Source: Octopus vulgaris
Lineage: Eukaryota
DNA length: 64,000 bases
Direction: 5' to 3'
Assembly: GCA_951406725.2 (NCBI GenBank)
Contig: OX597839.1
Coordinates: 13,702,001-13,766,000, forward strand
Of this stretch, positions 62,525-64,000 are shown one piece after another. Below the pieces are notes generated by a model. The model was not told the DNA's origin. It made no database searches and was given only the letters and a program-made list of their open reading frames with translations. Position 1 is the first letter of the stretch. Each line of letters starts with the position of its first letter. The translations under genes were made by a program, and so were the position numbers.

Positions 62525-63533
62525 AAAGTTTTTTACGACGAATATAAGACCTATATCCAAGTAGCAGAAAGATCGCCCAAAAGTGTATATAGATATTTAA
62601 ATGTATTTATATATTCATCTATACACAGATGTATGTATAATGTGTGTGTATATATTTCCATAGCGGTAACCTTTCACTCCATACAAAGTTTTTTAGGACG
62701 AATATAAGATCTAAAGTATATACAAGTAGCAGAAAGATCGCCCAAAAGTGTATATAGATATTTAAATGTATTTATATATTCATCTATACACAGATGTATG
62801 TATAATGTGTGTGTATATATTTCCATAGCGGTAACCTTTCACTCCATACAAAGTTTTTTAGGACGAATATAAGATCTAAAGTATATACAAGTAGCAGAAA
62901 GATCGCCCAAAAGTGTATATAGATATTTAAATGTATTTATATATTCATCTATACACAGATGTATGTATAATGTGTGTGTATATATTTCCATAGCGGTAAC
63001 CTTTCACTCCATACAAAGTTTTTTAGGACGAATATAAGATCTAAAGTATATACAAGTAGCAGAAAGATTGCCCAAAAGTGTATATAGATATTTAAATGTA
63101 TTTATATATTCATCTATGCACACATGTATGTATAACGTGTGTATATATATTTCCATAGAGGTAACCATTCACTCCATACAGAGTTTTTTAGGACGAAAAT
63201 AAGATCTAAAGTTATCTCTAAGAAAAAGAAAGATCGCCCAAAAGTGTATATAGATATTTAAATGTATTTATATATTCATCTATACACAGATGTATGTATA
63301 ATGTGTGTGTATATATTTCCATAGAGGTAACCTTTCACTCCATACAAAGTTTTTTTTAGGACGAATATAACATCTAAAGTTATCTCTAAGAAAAAGAAAG
63401 ATCGCCTAAAAGTGTATATAGATATTTAAATGTATTTATATATTCATCTATACACACATGTATGTATAATGTGCGTGTATATATTTCCATAGAGGTAACC
63501 ATTCAATCCATACAAAGTTTTTTAGGACGAAAA
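62525..63533. repeat. 165-168-bp tandem array, ~6 copies
   Basis: Anchor 'gatcgcc' at 62571, 62736, 62901, 63066 (variant gattgcc), 63232 and 63400. Confidence 0.97.
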
Positions 63534-63535
63534 TA

Positions 63536-64000
63536 TTTATATATAAAAGAAAGGTTGTGTGTCTGTCTACTCCGATCTAGATTCCTAACTACTCCCACAT
63601 TTTGCAATGCAGTTTAACCAAAACCGGGTATCTTATAGTCGTGATTCATATCAAGCCCTTCTGGGTATTAGCGCGCGTCTACGATGAGTCTATGATTTTA
63701 CAAATAATTTACCATCATTTTTTTTCCATTTTAATGCATATTTTTTAAAATAAAGGGAAGTAACTCTCAAACTTCACACCAATATGCGTGCTCATATGCG
63801 ACGTAACATCACATCAGCAGCATTTCCTCACACCCTCCTTGCACTTGGCGAAGGCAAAATACCAGGGGATGAAAATGGTAATATTGCCTTCGATTCCATT
63901 TGTACCATTGTTAAGACGCCTTCTGATTTCAGATATGCAGTGTTCCCAGATCTACAAGCTAATTATCAGAATATGGATTGGATTGGCAAAAAGGCTATAC
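63536..64000 (+). mobile_element. Helitron 5' end joined to RepHel helicase sequence (runs off the window)
   Basis: 63536-63742 is the reverse complement of ~612-819, followed by helicase codons. Confidence 0.85.
63760..63999 (+). pseudogene. PIF1-family (Helitron RepHel) helicase fragment
   Basis: VTLKLHTNMRAHMRRNITSAAFPHTLLALGEGKIP..AVFPDLQANYQNMDWIGKR matches PIF1 motif IV 'L..NMR..F...LL.IG.G' and the segment before RAIL. Missing from the ORF track because it has no stop. Confidence 0.8.

Overview
Eukaryotic, AT-rich, almost entirely repetitive DNA. The SINE families, the density of (TA)n/(CA)n/(TATC)n microsatellites and a divergent 28S fragment suggest an octopus or other coleoid cephalopod (inference from memory of the repeats, not searched). 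There is no confidently complete host gene, only one plausible terminal exon at 7828-8078 (-). Most ORFs in the track are microsatellite artefacts. Supported features: two 5'-truncated CR1-clade LINEs with open RT frames, an internally deleted Tx1-clade LINE, RTE and R4/Dong-like LINE tails, a Penelope GIY-YIG remnant, several tRNA-like SINE families, Helitrons (one with a PIF1 helicase fragment), mariner/hAT/piggyBac-type MITEs, a TTAGGG-bearing MITE family, a 28S rDNA fragment and tandem arrays. Two systems stand out. (1) A Tx1 LINE sits inside a SINE, with a target-site duplication, at the same internal position where that SINE's own Tx1-tailed copies repeatedly rejoin. This suggests a LINE-SINE pair that targets the SINE itself. 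(2) At least 12 type-I hammerhead-ribozyme-like motifs occur in short Penelope-like cassettes, most of them beside (TA)n tracts. They include recurrent non-canonical cores (CCGANGA and CUGUNGA) and fold-back copies. Coordinates were read by eye and may be off by a few bases.
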